Part shown: piece after piece, positions 46,701-57,550 of the stretch
Layout: each line of letters begins with the position of its first letter
How positions within the stretch are numbered: position 1 is the first letter of the stretch
DNA from: Candidatus Omnitrophota bacterium
Lineage (GTDB): Bacteria > Omnitrophota > Gorgyraeia > Zapsychrales > JANLHA01
Length of the DNA: 64,000 nt
NCBI GenBank assembly: GCA_963662715.1
Contig: OY759724.1
Location: 659,136-723,135 of the forward strand
Reading direction: 5' to 3'
Position numbers and translations under genes: made by a program
The notes under the pieces: model-generated
The model's input: only the letters and a program-made list of their open reading frames with translations
Databases searched by the model: none
What the model was told of the DNA's origin: nothing

Positions 46701-48845
46701 CTATCGGTCCAGGGCCTGCATCGCCGTGGTAAACTCCGAAAAATCCGTTATCGGCTCCCGGCACGTCTCTTGTTGGCAGATATAAACGGCAGGACAAGCC
46801 TGTTTATGTTTTTTAGCGTAAAAAAAGGCTTTCAAAAATTCCTGTTTTTCCGTTTCCCCGGCACAAGGAGGCACCAGGGACACAACAGCATGAGGAGCAA
46901 AGGATTGATTCAGATGATCCAGCATGGCCTGCACCTCGGGGTTCTCTTGCCTCCCGATGAAAATAATTTCCTGCCGCGGGCCCAACAATAAATCACAGGC
47001 AACAAGCAACTGCGGATAAGTCGCCGGCGCTTCCTGGATGACAGAGGAAAAAAACCGGCAGAGCTTTTCGGCCTTGGCATACCATTCGGTTTGACCGGTA
47101 AATTGAGAAAGCCGGATCAGGTCCCAAGCGGCTAACGCATTGCCGGAAGGAAGAGCTCCCGAGTAAATATATTTCTGCCTGTCGATGATTTGCGGATCGT
47201 CCTGACCTGTCAGGAAAAAACCTCCCTCGGAAGGATCCTCAAAGAGTTCGATCATGCTCTCTGTCAGCATGTGCGCCTTCTGCAGATATTCCACTTTAAA
47301 TGTGGCCTGATAAAGTTCAATGAGACCATAAATAAAAAAAGCATAATCGTCTAACATGCCCAGTACGGCCGCCTCTTGATCCCGGTACCGGTGAAAAAGC
47401 CGTCCGTCATCCCGGACGAGGTTTTTGAGCAGGAAATCAGCCGTCTGTTCGGCGCTTCGGGCATATTGAGGTTTGTTAAGAACTCTCGCCCCTAACGAAA
47501 GCGCGGCCATCATAAGCCCGTTCCAATCGGCCAAGATCTTGTCGTCCCGGTGCGGACGGGGCCTCTGAGCCTGTGCCCCCCGGAGTCTCTTCCGTGCAAG
47601 ACAAAGGCATTCTTCAATCTCCTCGGGCCTCTTTCGAAAATGACGGGCTGTCTGCAGCAAGTCCTGCTCTATCATCAGAATGTTCTTCTGTGGAAACGCG
47701 CCTTTAGGACCGCTGCGGATGTTCCCTGATGTTTTTATCCCGTAATAATAGGCAAAAATCTCTTTTTCTTCCTTGGAAAGGCAGGAATCTATCTCATGAA
47801 CATCCCATAAATAATAGGCCCCTTCTTCTAACACATCCACAGGTGGAGAAGCAGAGGCGTCCCTGCGGGGCAAACTGTCGGCATCTTCCGCGGAATAAAA
47901 CCCGCCCCCTTCATCATGTAAATTCCCCAATACATATTCTATGGTTTCTTCGGCCACCCGCTTATAATCCATCTGCCCGGTGACCTGATAAGTTTCCAGA
48001 TAAGCGACGGTCAACAGGGCCTGGTCGCACAGCATCTTTTCAAAATGCGGCAGCTGCCAGAATTGATCCACGGAATACCGGTGAAACCCGCCCCGCAGAT
48101 GATCCCGGATGCCTCCCCGGCTCAAAGCCTGGAGCGTCCTGTTAACCATGAATAAAGCTTCCTGGTTACGGGAGCGGCTCCAATACCTCAACAGAAAGGA
48201 AAGGCTGTGCGGCTGGGGGAATTTCGGCCGGATACCAAACCCCCCGTTTTTTCTGTCAAAATGACTCTCCATGGACTGAAAAACTTTCTGAAGCAAAGAG
48301 GCTTCCACCGGGGAAGGCTCCGGGGAGGGCCGTGCCTCTTTCAGCAAGGCCATAATTTTATCGGCTGTCTGGTCGACCTTCCCTCTTTCCTTCTCCCACA
48401 CCTCTTTTACGGATAACAGGACCTCTTTAAATCCGGGACGTCCGCCCTGCCGGTCCAAAGCGAAATAGGTCCCCGCAAAAAAAGGACGGCCGTCAGGTGT
48501 CAGGAAAAGATTCATCGGCCACCCCCCGTTTCCGGCAAGAAGCATGACGGCCTGCATATAGTAATTATCGATGTCCGGACGCTCCTCCCGATCAAGCTTG
48601 ACAGGAATAAAATGCTGGTTAAGAATCCGGGCCACGTCCACGTCCTGAAAAGACTCCCTCGCCATAACATGACACCAATGGCACGTTGAATAGCCGATCG
48701 ATAAAAAAACCGGCCTGCTTTCCGCCTGAGCCTTACGGAAAGCTTCTTCTCCCCAAGGATACCAATCAACCGGGGTCCCGGCGTGCTGTTGCAAATAAGG
48801 GCTTTTTTCTCCGCCCAGACGGTTGCGGCGGACATTCTCTTCCAT
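46701..48845 (-). CDS. Thioredoxin-domain protein of the YyaL/DUF255 family (thioredoxin-like + six-hairpin glycosidase-like fold)
   Basis: [52 protein letters not shown] is the DUF255 thioredoxin-like N-terminus. The long alpha/alpha-toroid-like remainder is about 715 aa. Start set at the ATG (MEENVRR). Confidence 0.7.
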   Translation of the reverse strand: MEENVRRNRLGGEKSPYLQQHAGTPVDWYPWGEEAFRKAQAESRPVFLSIGYSTCHWCHVMARESFQDVDVARILNQHFIPVKLDREERPDIDNYYMQAVMLLAGNGGWPMNLFLTPDGRPFFAGTYFALDRQGGRPGFKEVLLSVKEVWEKERGKVDQTADKIMALLKEARPSPEPSPVEASLLQKVFQSMESHFDRKNGGFGIRPKFPQPHSLSFLLRYWSRSRNQEALFMVNRTLQALSRGGIRDHLRGGFHRYSVDQFWQLPHFEKMLCDQALLTVAYLETYQVTGQMDYKRVAEETIEYVLGNLHDEGGGFYSAEDADSLPRRDASASPPVDVLEEGAYYLWDVHEIDSCLSKEEKEIFAYYYGIKTSGNIRSGPKGAFPQKNILMIEQDLLQTARHFRKRPEEIEECLCLARKRLRGAQAQRPRPHRDDKILADWNGLMMAALSLGARVLNKPQYARSAEQTADFLLKNLVRDDGRLFHRYRDQEAAVLGMLDDYAFFIYGLIELYQATFKVEYLQKAHMLTESMIELFEDPSEGGFFLTGQDDPQIIDRQKYIYSGALPSGNALAAWDLIRLSQFTGQTEWYAKAEKLCRFFSSVIQEAPATYPQLLVACDLLLGPRQEIIFIGRQENPEVQAMLDHLNQSFAPHAVVSLVPPCAGETEKQEFLKAFFYAKKHKQACPAVYICQQETCREPITDFSEFTTAMQALDR

Positions 48846-49000
48846 AATGTTCCTCTTGCTCTGCGGGAGGGACAGGGAAGCCAACAATCTTATACAAAGA
48901 GGTGCCGGCCTTCTGCCGCACGATCATAAACATATCGATAAATAACAAACGGCAGAGAAAATCTTCTATCCCTGCCGTCAACGTCCCAACCGGATAATGA

Positions 49001-49207
49001 TCACACTTTTATCTTCAACGCTTTCCTGTAAGTTCTGTTGATGGCTTTTACCATCCTGTCATACGCCTCCTCGGGTGTCTTCCCCTCGGTCAAATGGTCA
49101 TCACACAAAGCTGCGAATCCCGCACGATTTTTGATATTGAATATTTTGACACTTTTTTCCCCGATTTTCACCGAAACTCCTTTCTGTTCATATTCATTGC
49201 CGACCAC
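49001..49207 (-). CDS. HicB-like (UPF0150) antitoxin-fold small protein, orphan
   Basis: 68 aa. KIFNIKNRAGFAALCDDHLTEGKTPEEAYDRMVKAI resembles the HicB/UPF0150 core (xPELPGCxSQGxTxEEALxNxKEAI). It has only a GTG start and no adjacent HicA. Confidence 0.3.
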   Translation of the reverse strand: MVGNEYEQKGVSVKIGEKSVKIFNIKNRAGFAALCDDHLTEGKTPEEAYDRMVKAINRTYRKALKIKV

Positions 49208-49367
49208 CTTTCTATACTTCCCGGGACATACAAAAACAAAAATATCAGCCTCGGCTGATTCATTCTGCTTAGAAGGCCTCTACAATGAAACGGAACATCC
49301 TTCTTCAGGTGAAACGCGCGTCAAAAACACCATAAATCCCTGAGGGTTTCCCTGTTCCGAAAAAACC

Positions 49368-49730
49368 TCAGGTTTCTAAAACCTTGTTGATGGAATCCAG
49401 GATATAAACTAAATCCGAAGTCTTAACAATAAAATCATCAGCTCCGGCCTGGCGGGCGCGGGTTACATCAATAGCCTGTTCCTTATTCGTAAACATGATG
49501 ACCTTGACATTCCCGTGCTCCTCCTTCATTTGCTGGCAGATATCAAAACCATTGCCATCCGGAAGCATAATATCCAGCAGAACTAGGTCCGGCTGTGCTT
49601 CCCGGAATTTTTCCAGAGCCACCTGTCTGTTTTCTGCCGTAAGGACATCATAGCCCGTCGATTTAAGACGCATATCCATCACAGAGAGCATATCCTCTTC
49701 ATCTTCGACAATTAAAACCTTTTTAGACAT
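49368..49730 (-). CDS. Single-domain response-regulator receiver (CheY-like)
   Basis: From the ATG with an AAGGAGA RBS: MSKKVLIVEDEEDMLSVMDMRL ... DLVLLDIMLPDGNGFDIC ... VIMFTNK ... ADDFIVKT. Confidence 0.7.
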   Translation of the reverse strand: MSKKVLIVEDEEDMLSVMDMRLKSTGYDVLTAENRQVALEKFREAQPDLVLLDIMLPDGNGFDICQQMKEEHGNVKVIMFTNKEQAIDVTRARQAGADDFIVKTSDLVYILDSINKVLET

Positions 49731-49884
49731 AGTTGTCTCCTTCATTCAGTGATGATCCATATTAGGACATATCCAATATAGAAACTATTTTCTTATACTT
49801 TCAACATTAATGGAACAATTTTTTAAAATTTTATCAGCCTCCGTTGCTTTCATACGGGATCGTCCGGCAGGACGTTTCCTTTTC

Positions 49885-51261
49885 TCACGGCAGCTGAGTT
49901 TCTCTGACGGCCTCTTTTGGGAAACTAATCCACCACACACACAGCCAGATGACAATGGCCATTAAACTGATAATAAAAACAATGGTTGGGCCGTGGATGA
50001 TCACCAGAGGAATAGCGACAAAAGGCCAAAGGCCTCCCCCCATAAGAGGCTCATGAATCAGCTGTTTATATCCAAAAGCTGATATGGCTTTTGTTTCCAT
50101 CTTCGGGTCAACGACCCGAAGTAAAAGCAGTCCTGTTGACGTCACTCCCATAGACTGCCCCAGTTGAACAATGGCCCGTTCAAACCAGGCGTCCGGAAGG
50201 ATACGCCGGGCCAGCCAAAGGACACAAAAAACATTCCAAAACACTGTAACCAGAACCAGGCACAGGAAGGGGATAAAACCTTCAGCGATGTTTTTAACAT
50301 TCAAAGTCACGATAGCCGAAATAATCAGATAATCCAGAGCCAGGCAGGAAACCCGCTGCATCTTCCGCGGTTCAACGGGGATTTTCGGCAGATAGAACTT
50401 CAACAAATAGCATAACAGGATCGCCCCAAAGATGCTGAATGGCGCCAAAGGGATGATCCGGAATAACTGCTTTTCGGACAAAACAAAAATAAAGGATTCC
50501 AATAACATGAACCCGTGCTTCACGGCAAACCCTATCAATATGGCCAAAGCAATAAGCAAAAGATGCAGGAGATATGCGCCAAAAGCATTACAACCCACCG
50601 GAGCCCCCCCGGAACAGGCATCCCCTCCGGCATCCTGACTCAACTGATTCTTCACGGCCACCACATCCTCGGTCCGTTTTATGACAGCCGTGTATCCTTG
50701 CCGGACAGCCCAGTTAATAAGAAACATTCCCGTCACAAGTGCGGAGAGGATACCGAAAGTCGCCGCGGCAAAACTGTAGTCCGCCCCTTTGGCCCAGTTG
50801 AGGGTCTCGAACGTTGACTTGAGCGCAGCCGTTGTCCCGTGCCCCCCTTCGAACCCCAAAGGGATAATAATGCCGAGATGCGGCGGAGTATTAAAGGACG
50901 GGGCCAAAACAACCCAAGAGACAAAGATAGCGATACAATATTGTCCCCATGCAACAATTTGGCCATAAACAAGCTGCGGCCCGCAATATTTCCAGATATT
51001 TCTGGGGGCCAGGGAGGGCAAGCTAAAACTCATGAACAATCCGGCGAAAACGATGTTAATGAGATGCACCGGGAATTCCTCCCAGCCCCGCGTTAAGGCG
51101 GAAGGGAGAAAGCGTCCTGTCACTTGGATAATAAGCAGACCGAGAAGCCCGCTCGTTATTGACGGAGGCAAGAAAATTTTCTGGAATATTTTCTTTTTAT
51201 TAATCTTCTGGCCGGCAAGACGAAGCAAATATAAACATACAATGGAAATAATATAGTTCAT
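49885..51261 (-). CDS. Polytopic transporter, possibly sodium/glutamate symporter (GltS-like)
   Basis: About 458 aa from the ATG (MNYIISIV). It has more than 10 TM segments. A GFEGGHGTTAAL-type motif resembles the GltS re-entrant loop. The assignment is tentative. Confidence 0.4.
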   Translation of the reverse strand: MNYIISIVCLYLLRLAGQKINKKKIFQKIFLPPSITSGLLGLLIIQVTGRFLPSALTRGWEEFPVHLINIVFAGLFMSFSLPSLAPRNIWKYCGPQLVYGQIVAWGQYCIAIFVSWVVLAPSFNTPPHLGIIIPLGFEGGHGTTAALKSTFETLNWAKGADYSFAAATFGILSALVTGMFLINWAVRQGYTAVIKRTEDVVAVKNQLSQDAGGDACSGGAPVGCNAFGAYLLHLLLIALAILIGFAVKHGFMLLESFIFVLSEKQLFRIIPLAPFSIFGAILLCYLLKFYLPKIPVEPRKMQRVSCLALDYLIISAIVTLNVKNIAEGFIPFLCLVLVTVFWNVFCVLWLARRILPDAWFERAIVQLGQSMGVTSTGLLLLRVVDPKMETKAISAFGYKQLIHEPLMGGGLWPFVAIPLVIIHGPTIVFIISLMAIVIWLCVWWISFPKEAVRETQLP

Positions 51262-51523
51262 AGTCCCTGCCCCGGTGAAAAATTCACCCGCATCATCCTT
51301 ACAATCATACAAGAAACTTACGCATATGGGAACCCTAAAAATAGACAATAAACAACGGAATCCGTCCCTCCCCATAAAGGGTATCGCAAAAATCTACGGG
51401 AGATAAAAAAGGACGAGAGGGAAAAAACCTCCGGCTTGTCCGTAAACATATCATAATCTATAATGGGACAAAGACCGCTTCCTTAAAGCCAAACACTTCA
51501 AACTCTACTGAAGGGAAAAACCT

Positions 51524-52474
51524 ATGCGGATACTGAATTACGGGGCCGGAGCCGTCGGATTAGGTATTGATTCCTGTCTTTTATCATCCGGCTGTTCGGT
51601 CGATATTATCTCACGTCCGGAAACCGTCCGGGCATTAAAAGAGCACGGCCTAAAACGCACCGGGATATTCAAAGAGCACTTGACGCCCCCTTCCCGCTTC
51701 GGAGCTTATGTTTCCCTCAATGATCTGCCTTCCCAAGAATATGATTATATCCTGGTTTCCACGAAATCTTTTGATTCCCGCACGGCAGCTCAGGACATCT
51801 GTCACACCCCCCGTCTCTACAACAAACAGACCAGAATCATCCTTTTCCAAAACGGATGGGGCAATGCAGATTTATTCACATCCTTTTTTCCCAAGGAGCA
51901 AATTTTCTGCGCCCGGGTCATTACGGGTTTTATCCGGCCGGCCCTTTATACCGTCGAAGTAACCGTGCATGCCGATGCCATCCATATCGGCAGCCTCTTC
52001 CAAGAAGAGACAAGGGACATTGAAGATTTATGTCAGGCCATAACCCGGGGAGGAATTCCCTGCCAGGCGACGAAAAGCATTGGCAAGGATTTATGGGCCA
52101 AAATGCTTTATAACTGCGCCTTGAACCCCCTGGGCGCCATCCTTAACGTGCCTTACGGACACCTCGGACAACGCGATGAAACAAAAGAATTAATGAATAC
52201 CATTGTTTCCGAAGTTTTTGACGTCATGAAAGCCGCCGGCTACCATACTCACTGGTCCACGGCCGAAGCTTATCTGGACATTTTTTATTCCAGGCTCCTC
52301 CCTCTCACCGCCGGACATCATTCTTCGACGCTTCAGGATATCCGGGCGGGGAAACGGACAGAGGTCGACGCGCTCAACGGCATCGTCGTTCAACTCGCCC
52401 GGTCCCGCAATATAAATGTTCCAGCTAATCAAACGGTGTACCGCATGGTCAAATTTCTCGAACAAAAACCTTAA
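51524..52474 (+). CDS. panE: 2-dehydropantoate 2-reductase (PanE/ApbA family)
   Basis: MRILNYGAGAVGLGIDSCLL (N-terminal GxGxxG Rossmann motif), the ApbA central region, and C-terminal STLQDIRAGKRTEVDALNG (active-site Lys/Glu motif). GAAGGGA RBS. Confidence 0.7.
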   Translation: MRILNYGAGAVGLGIDSCLLSSGCSVDIISRPETVRALKEHGLKRTGIFKEHLTPPSRFGAYVSLNDLPSQEYDYILVSTKSFDSRTAAQDICHTPRLYNKQTRIILFQNGWGNADLFTSFFPKEQIFCARVITGFIRPALYTVEVTVHADAIHIGSLFQEETRDIEDLCQAITRGGIPCQATKSIGKDLWAKMLYNCALNPLGAILNVPYGHLGQRDETKELMNTIVSEVFDVMKAAGYHTHWSTAEAYLDIFYSRLLPLTAGHHSSTLQDIRAGKRTEVDALNGIVVQLARSRNINVPANQTVYRMVKFLEQKP

Positions 52475-52537
52475 ATATTCCTAACTCCCTAAAATTTTTC
52501 GAGGCTTCAATTCAACCTGTCCACGGGACAAACAGAA

Positions 52538-52566
52538 AGGCAGTGAGCTGTCACTGCCTTTCTTGA
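52538..52566. terminator. Candidate hairpin terminator between convergent genes
   Basis: aggcagtga-gctg-tcactgcct perfect 9-bp stem followed by ttcttg. The T-tract is weak, so the call is only moderate. Confidence 0.4.
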
Positions 52567-52583
52567 AAATCTCAGAAATAAAA

Positions 52584-52931
52584 TTATGCCCGAATCTTGA
52601 AAATATTATTAATGACCTTCGGGTCCCCGGCCGTAGCCTTTTTAGCGATATTAATAATATCCAAAGAAATGATGGATACAAAAATGAGGAATAACAGCAT
52701 GAAAATTTTCATATTCTTTGACCAGGAATCGATCTGCCAGTCCAAATTTTTTTCATCAATACCAAAGACAGCGGCACTGCTGAAAAACAGGACGCCGGTG
52801 CTTAAAATAAACGCAATATGCATGACACGATGCACCAGCAATTCGGCAAGGCATAGAACAACAAAAAACACCAAAAAAGACAAAGAAACAAATTCGGCTG
52901 TCTTGATCCGTTCGTCTTGAGTCCTTATCAT
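52584..52931 (-). CDS. Small hypothetical membrane protein
   Basis: 115 aa with 3 hydrophobic helices and an ATG start. No motif recognised. Confidence 0.3.
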   Translation of the reverse strand: MIRTQDERIKTAEFVSLSFLVFFVVLCLAELLVHRVMHIAFILSTGVLFFSSAAVFGIDEKNLDWQIDSWSKNMKIFMLLFLIFVSIISLDIINIAKKATAGDPKVINNIFKIRA

Positions 52932-53074
52932 TTACCCCTCCTGAAAAAATAATTTAAATATATCATAAACATCAATGACAGCTCGAGCAAGAGGAATGAT
53001 AAAAATTTGTCTCATAAAAAAGGGCAGAGAATAATCATGATTATTCTCTGCCCCAAAAAAGAAAAAGACAGGTC

Positions 53075-55021
53075 TTATTCCTTATTTTCTTCTTTATTCT
53101 TCTCCTCTACAACTTGAGCCGTTATTTTCGACGGGGCCTGTTCATAATGGGAAAACTTCATGGAATAGCTGCCCCGGCCCCCTGTCATCGAACGCAAATC
53201 TGTAGCATACTTGAACAATTCCGACAAAGGGATCTGCGCTATGATCGCTTCATTCTTGCCTTTGGCCTCCTGCCCCTGAATTCTTCCCCTCCGGGAGCTG
53301 ATGTCCCCGGAAATCTGACCGATGAAGTCACTGGGGATGACGATCGTCACTTCCATAATCGGTTCAAGTAAAATAGGCCCGGCCTGTTTCACGGCCTCTT
53401 TCAAGGCCATAGCCCCGGCGATCTGAAAAGCCATATCGGAAGAATCAACGGCGTGGAAGGAACCGTCAACAAGATTAATCTGAATATTAATGATCGGAGA
53501 TTTGGCGATAACGCCTTCGGTAATCGTCTGTTTAACGCCTTTTTCTACGGAAGGGATATAATTCTTGGGGATAGCCCCGCCGAAAATCTTATTAACAAAT
53601 TCATATTCTTCGCCGTCCCGGGGGATAGGGGCTATTTCCAGATCCACGTCCCCGTATTGCCCCCGCCCGCCAGACTGTTTTTTATATTTGTAACGGTACC
53701 GGGCCGTCTTGGTAATGGTTTCCCGGTAGCGGACTTTCGGCGTCCCCAGTTCCACATCCAGATTATACCGGCTTTTCATGCGGTCCAGAATGACCTTCAG
53801 GTGCAAATCCCCCATCCCGGAGATAATAAGCTCTTTTGTCTCGGTGTCTCGCTCGATCTGCAGAGTATGGTCCTCCTCACACATCCTATGCAAACTCGTT
53901 GATATCTTTTCCTCATCCGCCCGCGTTTTAGGCTTGATGGATGCCGACAAAGACGGCGCAGGGTAAGCGATGGGAGCAAAGGCATATTTTTCACCGGAAG
54001 CGGTGATGGTATCTGAAACATGGCTGTTTTTCAATTTCGGCAATGCGACAATATCCCCGCACTCCGCCTGGACAACTTTTGTCTGCTCCTTCCCCTGCAA
54101 AAGGCTGATGGTGCTGACATGTTCCTTGGTCTTGTTGGTGACGTTATAGCAGTCCGAATTGGCCTGCATTGTCCCGCTGACGATCCGAAACAGTGACAAC
54201 TGTCCAAGATGCGGATCAAAAAGAGACTTAAAAACAAAGCCGGAGAAAGGCCCTTCTGATGAAAGAGAGACTTCTTTTTCCTCCTCGGAATCGGAAAGCA
54301 GACCTTTAAATGCGGGCCGTTCAACCGGGGAAGGGAGATAAGCGATAACAGCCTCCAGCAGAGCTTCAACGCCTTCATCATTTAAAGCGCTGCCGCAAAT
54401 GACAGGGTAAATTTTCGCATCAACGACAGCCTGCCGCAAAACACCTTTAACATCATCCGGGGATAACGTCCCTTCCTCTAAATATTTCTCTAAAAGTTTG
54501 TCATCTGATTCGGCAATAGCCTCAATAAATTCCGAAGACTCAAGATCAATCTTAACGGCCTTATTGGACAACTGCTCCTGGATAGAAGCGATGGCTTCAT
54601 CCACTTTCGCTTCTTCTTTGTCAGTTTTGTTAACATAAATAAGACACGGCAATCCCATGGCCTTTAATCTGTCCCAGGCATCCTCTGTCCCGACTTCCAC
54701 GCCGTTAACAGCATCGACCACCAGGATCGCGGCGTCCGTCGCCTGAATGGCGGACACGGTTTCACCGACAAAGTCCATGTACCCGGGAGTATCAATCATC
54801 TGTATCTGATGATCTTTATAATTCACTCTCAGGAAACTTGAATTGATGGATATCTTGCGTTCCTGCTCGTCTTCATTATAATCACTTACGGAGGTGCCTT
54901 GCATGACATCCCCTTTTCGTGTCGTTGCCTTGCAAAAGAACAAGATGCTTTCGGCCAAAGTGGTTTTCCCGCTATGGGCATGCCCGACCAAGGTGATATT
55001 TCGTTTTAATTTTACATCCAT
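53075..55021 (-). CDS. Elongation factor G-family translational GTPase (EF-G paralog)
   Basis: G1 GHAHSGKTT, G3 DTPGYMDF and G4 NKTDK, followed by domains II-V-like sequence. Total length is 648 aa, shorter than canonical EF-G. GGGGAAGG RBS. Confidence 0.7.
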   Translation of the reverse strand: MDVKLKRNITLVGHAHSGKTTLAESILFFCKATTRKGDVMQGTSVSDYNEDEQERKISINSSFLRVNYKDHQIQMIDTPGYMDFVGETVSAIQATDAAILVVDAVNGVEVGTEDAWDRLKAMGLPCLIYVNKTDKEEAKVDEAIASIQEQLSNKAVKIDLESSEFIEAIAESDDKLLEKYLEEGTLSPDDVKGVLRQAVVDAKIYPVICGSALNDEGVEALLEAVIAYLPSPVERPAFKGLLSDSEEEKEVSLSSEGPFSGFVFKSLFDPHLGQLSLFRIVSGTMQANSDCYNVTNKTKEHVSTISLLQGKEQTKVVQAECGDIVALPKLKNSHVSDTITASGEKYAFAPIAYPAPSLSASIKPKTRADEEKISTSLHRMCEEDHTLQIERDTETKELIISGMGDLHLKVILDRMKSRYNLDVELGTPKVRYRETITKTARYRYKYKKQSGGRGQYGDVDLEIAPIPRDGEEYEFVNKIFGGAIPKNYIPSVEKGVKQTITEGVIAKSPIINIQINLVDGSFHAVDSSDMAFQIAGAMALKEAVKQAGPILLEPIMEVTIVIPSDFIGQISGDISSRRGRIQGQEAKGKNEAIIAQIPLSELFKYATDLRSMTGGRGSYSMKFSHYEQAPSKITAQVVEEKNKEENKE

Positions 55022-55138
55022 ATAGCCTTCCCCGTGTTTAATAATTAATGACTTAGCTTTACTGTAAACAAATAAAAACCCTCCCCCCTCCTCTGCAAGA
55101 TCTGCCTAGAAGCCAAAGGACCGATTTATACTTTATAT

Positions 55139-55588
55139 CTACTTAAATATGACTTCCCCGGATTCGACATCAAGGGCAACATGATGCTGTCCGGCGTCCT
55201 GGGCGGAATTTTCCCGCAACCGAATGTTCTTTTGCTTTAAAATTTCTATAGTTGAATTTAAATTCTTTATATATTCCGGGTCATTCTCATCATGCGGGAC
55301 ATTCTCTCCCGTAACAAGCGCCACTTCAATACTTTCCCTGTCCGCCCCTATAAGAGCCATATCTTCGACCATTTCCTCAATCGCCTCTGCCGCGCTCCGC
55401 AATGTTGACGAATGCCATTTTTTATCCATACGGCCGGAAAAATACAACGCATGCGCTAAACCGCCGATCTTATGATTAGCATCATAAGCTAAAATAACCA
55501 AACAGGCCCCGTTCGTATCAGATTCCAGAACAACCTCACCCTGCCCCGCCATAATCTCGCCTCGATGTACGTCAATTATCCTTTTCAC
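55139..55588 (-). CDS. cheD: CheD-like chemoreceptor glutamine deamidase
   Basis: MKRIIDVHRGEIMAGQGEVVLESDTNGACLVILAYDANHKIGGLAHALY aligns with the CheD N-terminus and catalytic Cys region (VKVGIAEMAVSK ... GSCVAVALYD ... IGGLAHIMLP). A GTG start with a strong AAAGGAGGA RBS is retained. Confidence 0.55.
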   Translation of the reverse strand: MKRIIDVHRGEIMAGQGEVVLESDTNGACLVILAYDANHKIGGLAHALYFSGRMDKKWHSSTLRSAAEAIEEMVEDMALIGADRESIEVALVTGENVPHDENDPEYIKNLNSTIEILKQKNIRLRENSAQDAGQHHVALDVESGEVIFK

Positions 55589-55624
55589 TCAGTCCTCCTT
55601 TGTTGAGATAAAAAGATGCGACAA

Positions 55625-55668
55625 TAAAAAAAAGGCAACCTGAGATTAGGTTGCCTTATTTTTCTTCG
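55625..55668. terminator. Bidirectional Rho-independent terminator
   Basis: Perfect 10-bp hairpin aaggcaacct-gagatt-aggttgcctt, flanked by an A-run (aaaaaaaa) on the 5' side and a T-run (atttttctt) on the 3' side. Confidence 0.55.
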
Positions 55669-56143
55669 CAATTTTTTATTTTAACAATCATAAAGCTATT
55701 ACCCCCCTGTAATAGTTTTAAATATTTTACTACTAAGCGCCCTTATTTGCAAGAAATATCCGCAGAAGACCGGGCAAAATAAAAATGTCCGCGATCAAAA
55801 AACATCCATTCTTCCAATATAAATGTCCCGGTTGTTTGAATTTATCGCTTTAAGTCTTGAAAAAAAACCGGAGAAATAAATTCTCCGGTTTAGTGATGAG
55901 TAACTGGTTATTTTTAACTGGACGATGCGTATTGGTGTGGAAAATCAGGTAGGTTTACCACTATACGATCGTAGTCTTAATAAATATAACACAAAAATTC
56001 TTCCGTCGCAATATTTGCCGAAAACCGGCCGGACCTGTTTTGGCCTTTTCCTCCGTTATTTCCTTCTGCTTACAGACTTTTCGGCAAAATCTATTCATGA
56101 AAATATATTGTTCACACAAATCAAACTCATAAGCACCAATAGG

Positions 56144-57550
56144 TTACAATAATTCCTGCTGTGGGCCGGCTGAATCTTGCTGCGGACGCGCCATAAAAAT
56201 CAGGGCCAAGACGGCCAAAGGGAAAAAATGCAGAATCAGGCGGGAAAGCGTCGTATCTCTCTGCTCAATCCAGATATAAGCGTTTGTGCAAAGAAACAGA
56301 AGAAACAGAATAACAAAAAACAAGGTCATGCAAAGGCAAAACCATTTGAAAAAAGGATGAATTTTTGAGCGGAACGAAAAAAACGAGCTGAAAACAAGCA
56401 AACTCCATATGACGTTCCAATTCCCGCTCCAGAATAATTCCTGAATAAGCTTGCTGAAAATAAACGGAATCCGGGCCAAATTCTGCCGACCGAGTTCATA
56501 AACAACCCCGACAGACATGCCTTGTCTCATAAATTTAAACAACGGGAAGAGCAGAGATATCCCCAAACACGGGAAAATAAAGTTTAAAGCCGTTTTCATG
56601 CGACGGCCGGACAAAGATTTGTCCGAAAACAGCAGGCCAACGAATAAAGCTCCGTAAACCAAAAGATAGGCCATGCCCTCCCGTTTTGTAAATGTGGATA
56701 TCCCGGCGAATACCCCGGCGAGGACCAAAAACCGGGTCTCTTTCTCCGCATACCACAAGAAAATCATCATAAGGGTGACACAGTTATAAACCATCAGAGT
56801 AAAATCCATATATCCTAATGAAGCATGCAGGGCAAAAAGATTGGATGTAAACAACAAGCCGACACTCCACAAAGCCCGTCTGCTGTTTAAAAAGTAATTC
56901 ACAAATTCATAGTGAATCACAATATAAGAGAGAAGATAAAAAGGGATAAAAACTTTAACAATCTGGTCACTCCAATAACCTAAATTCAAAACCATCCATG
57001 TCTGCAAGAGAGAGACATGCAGAGGATACCCCCGGTACAGAATATCCTGCGGTAAAACAATATTTTTGTTAAAGAAAAAAACTTTGGCATTAAGAGTGTT
57101 AATTTTCAAGGGGTCAAATCCATAAACGGGAATATGAAAGGCGCGCCAGAAAATATAAACACACTGAAAAACCACAAAAAGGATAATAATGATGTCTAAG
57201 AATTCCCAATAAATCTCATAAGGAGATGGTCGGGATAACTCTTTCCGCACCAAATCCTCATTAACAGCACCTTGCTGTCCCTGCCCAGACCGTTTCTTAG
57301 AAACACTCCTTATGATTCCTATAAAAATCAAGCCAAGCAAGAAAAGATGAAGCCCCTGCCCGGCAAACGAACCTCCCAGCATATTCCAGGATAACATTAC
57401 AATCGTCAAAATCCCGGTGCCCAGAATAAACGAGAGGGATATCTTAGCGGGGACCGTCAGCTCCTCCCTGGGAAAAAGAAAAGACAAAGAAACAGACCCT
57501 ATAAGCCAGGGGATAAAAAGAGCAATACCTATCGCAAAGCCCGGGATCAT
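56144..57550 (-). CDS. Hypothetical polytopic membrane protein
   Basis: 468 aa with at least 11 hydrophobic segments. The start ATG overlaps the upstream gene stop (ATGA). Confidence 0.4.
   Translation of the reverse strand: MIPGFAIGIALFIPWLIGSVSLSFLFPREELTVPAKISLSFILGTGILTIVMLSWNMLGGSFAGQGLHLFLLGLIFIGIIRSVSKKRSGQGQQGAVNEDLVRKELSRPSPYEIYWEFLDIIIILFVVFQCVYIFWRAFHIPVYGFDPLKINTLNAKVFFFNKNIVLPQDILYRGYPLHVSLLQTWMVLNLGYWSDQIVKVFIPFYLLSYIVIHYEFVNYFLNSRRALWSVGLLFTSNLFALHASLGYMDFTLMVYNCVTLMMIFLWYAEKETRFLVLAGVFAGISTFTKREGMAYLLVYGALFVGLLFSDKSLSGRRMKTALNFIFPCLGISLLFPLFKFMRQGMSVGVVYELGRQNLARIPFIFSKLIQELFWSGNWNVIWSLLVFSSFFSFRSKIHPFFKWFCLCMTLFFVILFLLFLCTNAYIWIEQRDTTLSRLILHFFPLAVLALIFMARPQQDSAGPQQELL

Noticed and set aside
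49333-49372. Inverted repeat cctgagg...cctcagg at the 3' end of the receiver gene
   Set aside because: The loop is about 20 nt and the stem overlaps the stop codon. No downstream U-run is present. It is not convincing as a terminator.
55925-56152. 75-aa plus ORF in the intergenic region upstream of cheD
   Set aside because: It lies in an AT-rich non-coding stretch next to the bidirectional terminator and has no RBS. Its stop overlaps the convergent membrane-protein gene end.
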